In this document: positions 37,101 to 50,019 of the stretch, piece by piece | Layout of the letters: every line of letters begins with the position of its first letter | Numbering within the stretch: the first letter of the stretch is position 1 | DNA from: Proteromonas lacertae | Taxonomy: Eukaryota | NCBI GenBank assembly: GCA_002245135.1 | Contig: NGBS01000295.1 | Location: forward strand, 1 to 64,000 | DNA: 64,000 nucleotides | Direction: 5' to 3' | The notes under the pieces: generated by a model | Database searches by the model: none | Seen by the model: only the letters and a program-made list of their open reading frames with translations | Told to the model about the DNA's origin: nothing | Made by a program: the position numbers and the translations under genes

Positions 37101-40100
37101 CTAATTTGGTTTATAATCAAGAAAATAGTGGTTATTTAACACTCTCATTCTATTTATCTATAGTTATTCCATCTACTACTGAATGGGAATATTCTAATAT
37201 TTATGCTGATGATTGGTATAATACAACTGGTAATTGGACAACTGCTACAAATGGTAATTTCCCCAAAAGAGAAGATAATATAATAACTACTTATTATAGA
37301 AAGAAAATAACTATAGATGATGATTTATCTTTATTTTCTCGTTATGATTTACGTATATCTACTGATGTTGGTGTTGTTGCTTATTTAAATGGTAAAGAGA
37401 TCTATAGAATGAATATGGGATTAGATGCTATCGATACTAATACACCAGCAACTAAAGGATATGACAGTTCAATGGATTATTACAGTTATGGTTTGACAAA
37501 TATATTAACAGTTGGAGATAATATTATTGCAATGGAAATACATAAAACTGCAGCAAAACCTACATTAGAATTTGATCCTTTCAAGATTAGATTGTCATTA
37601 TTATTAAGTAAAAGTGGTTGTGAAATATTAACAGATAGTGTTGAAGATGCTATTAATTCTGATACTGAGATTGTATCTGATAATTTCCACAATTTATTCG
37701 GTTGTTTTGAATGTACTAACTCTTTATTTGACCATAGTGCTTATACTAAATCATTTAGCAGATATGGTGATATTGGTAAATCTTTGCCTTGGGAAATTGT
37801 TATTAGATTAAAGACTAAGTCAATCAATTTCAATTCATATACTCTTATTACAGGTAATGACTGTAAATCGAGAGATCCAAAATCTTGGATTGTTTATGGT
37901 GCTAGAATATATGATGATAATCCAGTATGGGAAATTATAGATCAAAAAACAGATTATCCAACAACAGAATCTAGAGAATCTTCTGAAAGAATAACTGTTG
38001 ATAACCCAAAAGATTATACATTCCAAGCAATAAAATATTCCATTACTAAAATCAGAAATGAAATTGATTCATATTGTGGTAATTATGGTATTCAATTAGC
38101 AGAGATATATCCAACAGTATGTGATGTGGTTTATTGTCCAGCAGAATATCCATATCCCAGAACAGAAGGTGGTAAGACAGCAGTAGTTTCATGTGGTGAA
38201 GGATCTGTTAATAATCGTACAAGACTCTGTGGAACAGATGGTACTTGGAGAGGAGAAGATATATCAAAATGTACAGATATTCCCTCTGAAATGAAATATC
38301 CTGAATCAATAACACTTTCATTAAATGCAATTATGCCACAAGTAACACCTGAGTTGAAAGGTTTAATATCAAACTTTAGAGCTGATTCTTTACCTAAAGG
38401 TTTACATATTGATAATGAAAATGGTAGAATATTCGGTTTACCCACTGAAATAATTACTAACGTATCTTATACAATTAGAGCTGATGTTCCAGCTGGTGAA
38501 ACTACTGCAATAATAATGATTACAGTCTATACTCCAACATGTCCACTTATTGATGGTATTACTGAGAATGTTGCTATTAATCAGATTGTTACAGTTCCTT
38601 GTCCTGATGGTCAAAGTGGTACTAGAAGTAATAGATGTTTGCCAAGTTCACCACCATCTTGGGAAGGTTGGGATGTTAGTAATTGTGTAGATGGTTTTGA
38701 TCCAAAATGCACTATTACTCCTACTGAATTTGAATTTATAGTGAATGTAGAAGTAGCAACACCAATTACACCTGTTTGTGAGAAATCTATAAAGAATGTT
38801 ACAATAGAACCTGAATTACCTTATGGTTTATTATTTGACAGTTTAACAGGTAAAGTAACTGGAACTCCAAAGACTCAACTAATGAGATCAAAATATTTAT
38901 TCCACTTTAATGGTGTTGATAATGGTTATAGTGAAGTTGAAATATATCTTACAGTTTATAAGAAATTAACTAAATGTAATTACTTCTTTAGTGGTACAAT
39001 AAGTGTATTTAAAGATCAAGAATCATCAATAGCAAGTCCAACTTGTGATAGTTCAGTAAAAACTGCAACAGCAACAGATTTACCAACAGGATTGAATGTT
39101 GAAGCAGATGGTAAAATATCAGGTATTCCAACAGAAATAAGTAATAATACTGTCACAGTTACATTGACTAATCCATTAGGTTCGACAGTATTAACAATTC
39201 AAGTTGCAGTAATAGAAGAAGTGAAAGGTGAAAATCATTTAATGGGAAAATATACAAAAGGTGAATATACTGAAATACCATCATTAGATGAAGCATTAAA
39301 TATATGGAATGGAATAGAAGCAAATACAATTGAAACTGAGTGGGCTGTATCTCCAACCAGATTAGGATATTGGCATTATTATTATTCTGATGAAGTTACA
39401 TTTGGAACAAGTGTAGTAAGACAAGATAATTTCTATGCACAGTGGAAAGGATATATAAATATTCCAACAGCAGGTGATTATGTATTTGATGCATGGGGTG
39501 ATGACCAATTGAACTTGCTATTTGATGATATGAGCACTATTCTAACACAAAATAAAAATTGGGATGATCATCCTAGTTATACAGCTAAATCATTGACACC
39601 TGGCTTCCACAAAATTGGTTTATTATATTATCAACAAACAGGTGGAAAAAGAGCGGAATTAAATTGGCTTAAACCAGGTGATACATCTAAATCAACTGTT
39701 CCTGATTCAGTATTGTCATATAGAACAGAAATATTAACAAAATTTGAATATCCTTCAAATGATTTTGTATTTATGAAAGGTGTTAAAATTGATACTATTG
39801 TTCCAGATTTACAAGGCGATTTTGATTCTATAATATCTCCAACTACATTACCACCAGGTATAACAATTACTAATGGTTTAATCAGTGGAACACCAACAGC
39901 AACATTTGAAAAGACTTTAATATCAGTAAAATGTGTAAGTAAATCAACAGTAATAGAAGATAGTTTTTATATAACAGTTATTGATTTGAGTAAAGATAAT
40001 TTAAATCAAGGATTATTAGGAGAATATTATACATCATCCTCTACATTAGAATGTGACTCATTTATAGATCCAGATCTTTCAAAAACATTATCATTGAAAT

Positions 40101-43100
40101 ATGCACGAGTAGTTGCAACCTATTATCATGAACCATCTACTGTAATATGGGATGGCTTAAGTGGTGCATTTGCAACAGAATTTGTAGCACATTGGAAAGG
40201 TTATATAGATATTCCATATGATGGAGAATATAGTTTTACAGTAAATGCTCAAGATGGTGTTAAATTTGTGATTAATGACAAAGAAATAAGTACAATGAAA
40301 TGTGGATTAAGTAGTGAAACAGATGTTACTACATTAAAGAAAGGGTTGAGTATAATAACAATCTATTATTGGAAGACTCAATATAGTGATACAACATCGA
40401 TTAGTATACAATGGAAGAAAGAAAAAGAAGAACCATTAATTGAATTACAGGAAATACCTCAACAGAATTTATACTATGCACCAACTACTCATTTCTCCTA
40501 TTATTATCAAATAGCTGAATATATTGCACATAATAAGATAAAAGATAATGCTCCAATATTCTTTCAAAGTGATAGTTCAAAATATACATTATTCTCATCA
40601 AATCCACCATTACCAGCTGGTTTGAATATCAATCCATTGAATGGGATTATTACTGGAACACCAAAATATCCATCAATCAGTACATTATATACAATTACTG
40701 CTTCAACAGCTGATGGTAATGATGTATTAACAGTTACTTTAACAATATCAGTTGGTCCTTATTTACCACCAAAAGATTTAACTTATCCACCAATTCAGTT
40801 GAAAGTAGGTGAAAAGATGGAAATGGTTACTCCCACTGTTCAAAATAGTGAATATGTGAAGTTTTATACAAAAGATAAAATACCATCAGGATTAACATTA
40901 GATGCTAAAACTGGCTCAATATCTGGAACTCCATTAGTTTCAGGCACTTTTACCATCAAAATATATTGTACTAATCCATCAGCAACAGTATCAGTTGATG
41001 TGCAAATCATTATTACAAATTGTGAGGATAATAAAGCTTTTGTTAGATTCTATATATCATTAATGAATAATGATGTTAGTATTTTGTTCACTGATGCAAA
41101 TAATGATATATTTATTAATAATATTACTGGCTCATTAAAATCATTTGAATCTTATAGTTATTCTAAATGTTTACCTCAAGGTGATGCAAAATTAGTAATT
41201 ACGAGTACAGCTAAATCAGGAGCAATATACGGAGTATATTTGAATGGTGAATCTTTAAAACATGGAAAGATATTAGATGGTGCAGAAACAATGACATATA
41301 TAATGAATACTCAGAAAACAACGCCAGTTATTACAGAATATACAGATAATGGTATTACATTAACAACTAAATATTCTCATACATTCTATCCTACATTAGA
41401 ATATGGAGGATCTGTATTTGAAGCAACAAATTTACCTAAAACAATGAAGATTGACTCTAACACTGGTGTTATTAGTGGTTATATGAAAGATGATGGAGAA
41501 GTAACAACCACAATAGCAGCTACAACATTGAGTGGAGTGAAATCAGCTGATTATACGTTAACTATAAAGTCTGAATCATGTAATGCTGTTTCAGCTGGAT
41601 TGAATATATACACTGGAGATGGAGGAAGTAAAGTATATATAACATTAAAAGATCCTGAAGGTGTAGTTAAATATGATGTTAATGGTTTACCAAGTAATTC
41701 TGTAATTGAACAGAATTTCTGTATTAAAAAGGGAATATTTTCAATTGTACTGTCAAGCTCTGATGGAAAAGCTTGGAGTGATTCTTCCAAAGTTGAATTA
41801 TTAGTTGATGATATTGTTTTTTCAACCTATGTACATTCTGTTGATGGAGTAGAAACAAAAAGAATATCACTTGAAGTATTTATCAACGATAAGAGTGATT
41901 GGCAAGTAAGACAAACTGAACCAAATAGTGGATGGTATAATGAGTATAATAAAGATGATTTAAGTTGGAAAACTGTTAAAACATCTAATTTGCCCGATAG
42001 AGAGAATATTACTACTTATTATAGATCAATGTTTGTATTTGAGAATAAAGTATCTGATATTTCAACATTACAGTTGAGTATATCAGTAGATTGTGGTATT
42101 ATCTTATATTTGAACGGAAATGAATTCTATAAAAGGAATATTGGTATTTCAACAGTAGTAACAAACAAAACACCTGCTTCTAAGTATTTTGAAGAAACAA
42201 GAGTAATGAAAATAACAATAGCACCTCATTTAGTTCAATCTGGTCAAAATATAATAGCAATTGAAGTTCATAAACATCAGAGTTCTCCATTGAAAGATCC
42301 ATTAACAGTATCATTAGCTCCGGTAGTGAATTATGATGAAGAATGTCAAGTAAGAACAATATCATCATCTGAAACACCAACAATGGATGCTACAACAACA
42401 GTACCAGCAACTGTAATAAGTGAATTCTTGGAATCTGGTTTTGACTTGAATATAAATACAAAATATTGTAGTGGTACAGTAACTGCACAAAGTTTCCCAG
42501 CTGAAATAGAGTTTAAATGGCCTGAAGGAATTGCTGAATTTTTCAATACTTTTGAGTATTATACTGCAAATGATATGCCTCAAAGAGATCCTACTGAATT
42601 TGTATTATACGGTTCTTATGATAGAGATGATCCAGAATGGATTAAAGTTAGAGAATATAAAGACTTTGAAATGACTCAGGTAAGATATGCTAGAGTTCCA
42701 TTCCCCATGGAAAATAACATTCGATCATTTGAAGCGTATAAAATTGAAATTATAAAAGTAAGAACTATTGCTATTGCATGGCCAGCTATTCAATTTGCTG
42801 ATTTCTTAGCAACAAATTGTAAGCCAATCTATTGTCCAACTGATACTGATAAAGATGGAAATATATGGAAAGAATCAATTGGTGGAATAACAGTTTCATT
42901 GTCTTGTCCACCTGGTTCATTTGGTTCATTACAAAGAAGTTGTGAGAATGTGAATAATGTTGGTGTTTGGTCAACTGTAATGAATAATTGTTCATCCAAT
43001 GTTCCAAGTGCTATCACATATCCATCTTTAGACTATTATATTAATCATTATTCAAGTTATGTTCCAACAGTTGTAGGTGGAAATGTTGATTATTTCTCAA

Positions 43101-46100
43101 TTGATTGCATTTTACCAGTTGGTCTTCTCTTTGAAAGAAAAGATGGTTCAATAGGAGGAACTCCAGCTAATAATGAAAAACCATCCACTAAATGTACTGT
43201 TACTGGACATGCTGGTTCAAATGAAATAAAATCCGAAATAACTGTAAATGTAACTCAATTAAAATGTGCTGGTGATGATAAATATGAAACAACTGATGCA
43301 GCTGAATATGCTATAAGATCTTGTGGAACAGGTTATTCAGGTAATAGTAAAAGATTCTGCAATCCAACACCTCCAACAGCAACATGGGGTGAAGAAGATA
43401 GAAGTGAATGTGTATTATTACAACCATCAATTCAATTATCTGTATTAGAATATTCATTCCATAAAGATGATAGTGTTACTATAAAACCAACAATTGTCGC
43501 AGCTGATTATAAGATTGAATTAGTTGGTACTTTACCATCATCACTAGTGTTTGATAATAATACAGGAACAATAACAGGAGTGTGTAATGAAATAGTAAGT
43601 GATAGACAAATAACAATAAAAGTAACCAATGAAGCTGGTTCTAGTGGAGTTGATATAATAATAACAATTCAAGATATTGAATCAATAATAAAGTATAGTG
43701 AAACTCATCTAATATTCAATATTGGATTTATGAACCAAACAACTCAACCAATAATAACATCAGGAACAGCTGTTACATTCACTGAAATATCACCAATGCC
43801 ACCAAGTGGAATAAATCTTGATAAAGACACAGGTATAATCTCAGGAACATTAGAAACAGGAGCAACAGAAGGATCTAATACTTACGTTGTATTAGGACTT
43901 CAAAGTGGTGTAAAAGTACAAAGTTCTGCAATAACAATCGAAGTGAGACAGCCTAAATGTGAATATGAAAGTGCTGATTATCCAGCAACCAATGCTGGTA
44001 AAACAATCACTAAGGAATGTTTGATAGGTCAAGTTGGCTCAATAACAAGACTTTGTCCATTTGAACCTTATCCACAATGGGAACCAATCAATGATACATG
44101 TACAACTCCAATTAAGAAGTGTTTATATGATGGAACATTCCCTGAAACAAATGCAAATACTCAAGCATCAGCTCCTTGTCCATCTGGTCAATATGGTAAA
44201 CAATATAAAATGTGTTCATTAGATGGTGAATGGGATGAATCTTCATTAGATACATCAAAATGTCAAGTTTTAAAGCCAGGTATTGTCTATGAACAAACTG
44301 ATTTTACATTTTATTTGGATAAAGTAATTCAAACAATTACACCAATTATTACTCAAATCAAATTCCCATTAAGAATTAGCACTAGTTTACCATCTGGTTT
44401 GTCATTTGATGATAATAGTGGTAAAATAACAGGAACACCAACATTATCATCTGATAAAGTTGAATATACAATATATGGTACTGGTTTAGATGAAAAAGAA
44501 TATACTGCTAAAATATCAGTAACTGTAATTGATGATTATGCCAAATTAATTATATATAATCCATCTGAAATGATATTTTATGTTGGATTTAATGTTGATA
44601 CATATCCTGCACCAATAATAAATGGAAGATATAGTGATTTAAGAACTGATAGTCCTTTACCTTCTAGTTTGGTATTTGATCCATATGGTAAGATCAGTGG
44701 AACAGTGAATAAAGGTACTGCAGAATCAACAATGAAATATATAGTATCAGCAACAGTTCATAATGGTAATAAAATCATCACTGAAATAACCATAAAAATA
44801 GTCCAACCAAAATGTAATGAAGAAAAGATAGGTGAATATACTTGGCCAACAACTAATGCAGGTGAAACTAAAACAATTGAATGTGGTAGTGGATTTATAG
44901 GTGAAATGAAACGAACTTGTAGTAATGAAATCAATCCAACTTGGGGTAATGTTGTAGGAGAATGCGATCCAAAGAAACCATCATTTAATTATGGCCAATT
45001 GAGTTATACATTAACATTGAATCAAACAATTACTGAAATAAAACCAGAAAATGTAAAGAATAATCCAACTTCATTTGAATTGAGTTGTCCAATCACTATA
45101 TCTGAATATGGTGTAGAGTTTAATACTAAAGATGGATCATTTACAGGAATAGCTAAAAGAATATTCAGTACAACTTGTAAAGTTGTTGCTATTAATGAAG
45201 TTAGTAGAAGTAATGAAGTATCAATATCATTCTCAGTTGAATTACCTAAATGTAATGCTGCTGATGGATTTCCAACAACTACAGGAGGATATTATGGACA
45301 AAAGAAATGTAATAAAGAAGGATATATGTATAGAAAATGTTTAGAAGATGGTAAATGGGATAATACAATTATTGATACTCAATGTAAAGATATTCCATTT
45401 AATCCTGACAATGATTTTAAATCTGGAGTAAAAGTTACAATTACATTTAATAACCTCATCAATCCAATTACAGCTGAATCTATATTAGCAATTCAAGATG
45501 CATTTAATAAAATAGTTGGAATTAATATTGAATATATCTATGTAGTAAATCCATCAACTGTTGTTAGAAGAAAATCATATTTAAGAAAGTTAGATAATAC
45601 CAAAAAATCAGTAGTCTATTTAATGACTGATAGTCCTGATGGTTATATGAATTTGTTAAACAATAATTCAACTAAATCTGATATAGAAAAGTCACTACAA
45701 TCATCTGCGATATCAGAAATATTCAAACACACTACAATTGATTATGTAATAGAGAAGAAGAGTTCTGATGATCATCATAATAGTAAGAGTAAAACAGTAA
45801 CTAAGATTGTTGTAGGTGTAATTATTGGTGTTGTATTAGTTGTAGGTATAATTGCTTTAACTGTTGGATTCTTAAAACAAAAGATGTGTTGTATGAGTTT
45901 TGGTAGAAAGAGATTAAGATCTAGATCATTAACAGCAAGTATGATAAAGAGGCATAGAGTTCAAAGTGATGTTGAATTTGCTCAACAAAGTTACAATAAA
46001 TTGAATGAAGAAAAACTTGATGATGTTGATGTCTCAACACAGAATGATATTAATGCTAAAGATTGTAATGATTTGTCTGGAAAATTAAATGAAAAGGGTG

Positions 46101-46315
46101 TTAGAATTCAAACTGAAAATGATAAAGATAAAGAAAAGAATGGAGTAAGAATAGTTAAAAATGAAGCAAAAATGCCAACATTACCAGCAGTTTCAACAGT
46201 GCCAAAGAAAGTAGTCGATTCAGATAGTTCAGATTCAAGTGATTCTGATGATGATGATGAAAAAAAGAAGGGAAAGAAAGATGATGATGATGAAGAAGAA
46301 GTTGTAGTTGAATGA
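34175..46315 (+). CDS. Giant (~4,035 aa) type I membrane adhesin-like protein: 4 PA14, many putative-Ig repeats, 2 jelly-roll + F5/8C-like pairs, 8 HRM-like modules, SEA-like stalk, TM, acidic tail
   Basis: Signal peptide MKIFLIIVVLGLISSRVNG across one 30-nt intron (34206-34235); three +1 frameshifts at ~35056-35375; then a 3,649-codon open frame with TM IVVGVIIGVVLVVGIIALTVGFL. Confidence 0.9.
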
Positions 46316-47064
46316 TTGTGAAAAATCGTTCATTATTATTTTTGTTAATGAATTTGTTTTTAGTGTTGGGATGATAATAAAATAAATATATTATTTAGAA
46401 AGAAATGAAAAAACTAAATATTTCAATTGAAGATAATTCCATCTCTATTACATATTATACAACATTTCTTTTCTTTCTTCATATATCATATATTCTCATA
46501 TGTTCTTCTTTTCTCAGATCATCAAAATATAAATCACATAACTTCATTTCATTACCATTCTCTTCATATATTACCTGAGAATGATTTGCTCTGGAATATC
46601 TTCTTAACTACAACTTTTCTACACTTTCTTTTGTTTATAAAGATAAATTAATAATAATATATATCCATGAGAGAGTAACATTGAGTATATTATACCATGT
46701 TCAGAAAAATTCAAGAAAAACAATTTCTATGTGAAAAATATTCGTTTCACAATTTCTTTTTATCTGTATTAACTCGTTAAACAAACAAATGTATATAAAT
46801 TACTATACTTTTTTTATACTGCAAAGTATCTACATGCAATACTATCTGCTAGATTAAAACTGAGGCTTGTTTTATATCTTTTAGTTAGTGTGTTATAATT
46901 TGCATTATTGATACTATTTTAATTGAAACTATTAATTAAAATACATAGCATAATGTTATATTTAATAGGAAAACCGAATTACGCAAATGAGTGTTTATGA
47001 AGAATATAAGCATAAAATAGTATATATATAAAATCAAAACTTTACAATAGGAATAAAATAGGAA

Positions 47065-48038
47065 TTAATTTATGCTTTGCTTTGGTCTTCCTTTTCTCTT
47101 TTCAACTTTCTTTTCTTCATTCTCTGCTTTATTAGTCCTTTACAGTTTCATTAGATGAAATATCATTAGCTAGTTTGGATACAGCAGTCAGATCTTTTGG
47201 AGATACTTCACTTTCACTATTTTTCGTAGTTTCATTCTTAACTGGAGTTTCTTCAACTTTTCCTTTTTCTTCACTTTTCTTTGGTTCTTCAGCGTTATAT
47301 TTCTTCTTAGCAAATTTATCAGTCCATTCTTTCGCATTCTTATCATGTAATTCTTTATTATGAATATATTCTTTGGCTATAGCTGGTTCTAATGGATCGG
47401 CTGGATTTGGTTCTTGTAATAATACCCAAATACTTAACAAAATCTAATCAATAACATATTAATATATATATACCTGTGAAACTGACAAAGCAGCACTCCA
47501 ATTACTCTTCAATATATCTAAACATATATCTCCTGACCTGCTAATATTACAATGATAAATGTGAGTCAAAAATTTTATTTTGGGAGGTCTGAATGGGTAG
47601 CCAGTGCTAAAATTCATTGATAGATAAAATGTACCTCCTTCATATGGTGTATTCTGAGGTCCTTCAATAGTAGCACACCATTCATAAAGATCATCAGAAA
47701 TAGGACATGCACGAATGTTATCTGGTGGATTACGAGCAATATCAACCAATTCTTTGTTTATACTATGATATTTAACTCTTAAGAAAAATATACCGGTTAA
47801 TACTTAATCTAATATCTTCATTACAATGCTTCTTTGTGGTGTGCTCTAAGATTTCCTATACATTTGTATTTATCATTATACTTTAGGTGAATGCGTTACA
47901 TTTTTTGTTGGCGTTTTTGAAGATTCTTCTCCTCTACCTCTCTTTGTCGGTGTAACAACTTGTTTTGACTATTTAAATATAATGGAAACACGATGGATAG
48001 ATGTAAAAATAATAGAATTAATAAAATACTTGACTCAT
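47065..48038 (-). CDS. Ubiquitin-conjugating enzyme E2, UBE2D/E-like, with N- and C-terminal extensions
   Basis: RINKELVDIARNPP...IEGPQNTPYEGGTF...YPFRPPK...IYHCNISRSGDICLDILK...PNPADPL. As assembled it stops at 47132; removing one base near 47137 extends it to 47065. Confidence 0.9.
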
Positions 48039-48560
48039 TTTGTTTAATTATAGATAAATATGATGAAATGACAGTATAATGATGTTTTATGAAAAATCCC
48101 GCGTTAATTCTATTATGCTCAAATATGTTTGATTCCATTTTAATTCATTTTTCAACTCTGATTGGTCTTTTTTAATCATTTTATAATGCTCTCTAATTTA
48201 TATAAACGGTAATATATTTCATCGCATATTGGCTTATGTGTAATAATCAATATTTTTCGAAGTGCATGAGCAGATTTTTTCACACTTCTCTTTTTATAGT
48301 AAGAAAATACCACATTTAAGCAAACATAACAGTTAAATAATAGTGTTAATCGATTTAATTGTATATTGCTTGTTTTGACGAAGATTTATGAAACAACTTT
48401 ATATATTTCTCATTTAATGATATAAAACCATCGTGCAATGCACTAACAATAGAATAGTCTACTGTTCAATGAAATTCTATTAAAAAAAGTAAAATCAACC
48501 CAATTAAATAAATAATTCAACAAAAGAAAAAGAAAAATAGTTGATCCAATTACTTAACAT

Positions 48561-49862
48561 TCATTCTCTTCCATAACCTCCAAAAACTCTTCTTTCACCA
48601 CTATGACCTTTTCTTCTCTCATTACTTCTATCATGTCTACTTTTACTATCATATTTATATCTATCTCTATCTCTATCTCTACTACTACTATGCCTTCTAT
48701 TATTACTACTCCTTGATCTACTTCTAGTATTATGTCGACTATGACTATGTGATCTTTCTCTTCTATCACTTCTCTTTGATGAATCTGATGATGATTTATT
48801 ATAGCTTACACTACTACCTCCATATCCACCATATCCACCTCCACCATATCCACCAAACTGGGAAGTTAGTACATCTTTTGGTTTATCATTACTACTATAA
48901 CCATATCCTTTACTTCTCGATCTACTTCTTGATCTACTTCTTCTACTGTTGTTTCTTTTTCTATCATCATGGTGACTATTGCTTCTACTTCTGCTTCTTT
49001 TACTTTTATGATGATAACCATCACTTTTATAAGAAGATGTAGAAGTAGAATTCCTTGAGAATTGAAAACTATTAGCTGATGAAGATGGATCATATCTATA
49101 TGCACTTCCATATCCTCCAAAATCCTGTTTAGGTGGAGGATGTGGTAGATCTTTGGGAACTGCATATTTAACTTCAACCATTTTATCATTATTATTATCC
49201 ATATTTAATCTTCTCATTAATACTAGATTACTTGCTACATCTTCATCTTTTAGAGTAACAAATCCAAATCCTCGTGATCTTTGGTTCTGATCTACCATTA
49301 TTAATACTTCTTCCACTTCACCATATTTTTCAAAGTACTTTCTTATGTCTTCTTTTGTTAGACTTGGAGAGAATCCACCAACGAATAGTTTTCTAGTTTC
49401 AAATGCTGTTTTGCTATAAGCAATAAAAATATCTTTAAAAATATACTCATTTCTTTGATTTTGAGCTGATTTTGAAACAGCTCCTTTTATATCTACTTCT
49501 CTTCCATCAATTTTATGCGGCTTAGATGCAAACACCTTATTTACACCTATTTATAATTGAAAGTTATTGATATTTGATACTCTCTTCAGATTCAAATGTG
49601 ACAAATCCAAAACCTCTTGGTTTATTAGTCTCTCTATCAGTCATTATCAATGCTTCCACTACGTGACCATAAGTTCTAAAATATTCCTCTAATCTCTTTT
49701 GAGTAGTATCCCAAGATAAACCACCCACAAATATCTTTATTATTAAACAAAAATTATATACTTTATTGGATTCTACAGTTGACTCTGTAGATTTTGTCTG
49801 ATTATTAGTAGCTCCATATTGGGCTAAATCATAAATATGCAAATGATACTTGGGTCTGACAT
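48561..49862 (-). CDS. RNA-binding protein with two hnRNP A/Musashi-type RRMs and an RS-rich C-terminus
   Basis: IFVGGLSW...RGFGFVTF and LFVGGFSP...RGFGFVTL; tail RSRSRSRSRS, RDRDRDR; spliced start MSDPTQYG. Confidence 0.9.
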
Positions 49863-50019
49863 TATATTGTGTAAAACTAACTATATCAGATTAAAAAGTG
49901 ATTATGATATTTTTATCTTTCAAACAGATAGTCAAGCTTACATAATCAAACTATCAAAACAAACAACAATTAATAAAATATTCAATAAAATTTAGAGATA
50001 TAACATAAAATAATAGTAG

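Noticed and set aside
34175..46315. Alternative genetic code or stop-codon readthrough
   Set aside because: Long ORFs translate cleanly in the standard code; interruptions are explained by short introns or single-base indels.
46425..46700. Coding-like minus-strand stretch (EDIPEQIIL...EENGNEMKLCDLYFDDLRKEE) or a box C/D snoRNA
   Set aside because: No consistent spliced frame and no properly spaced C and D boxes; possibly a decayed gene fragment.
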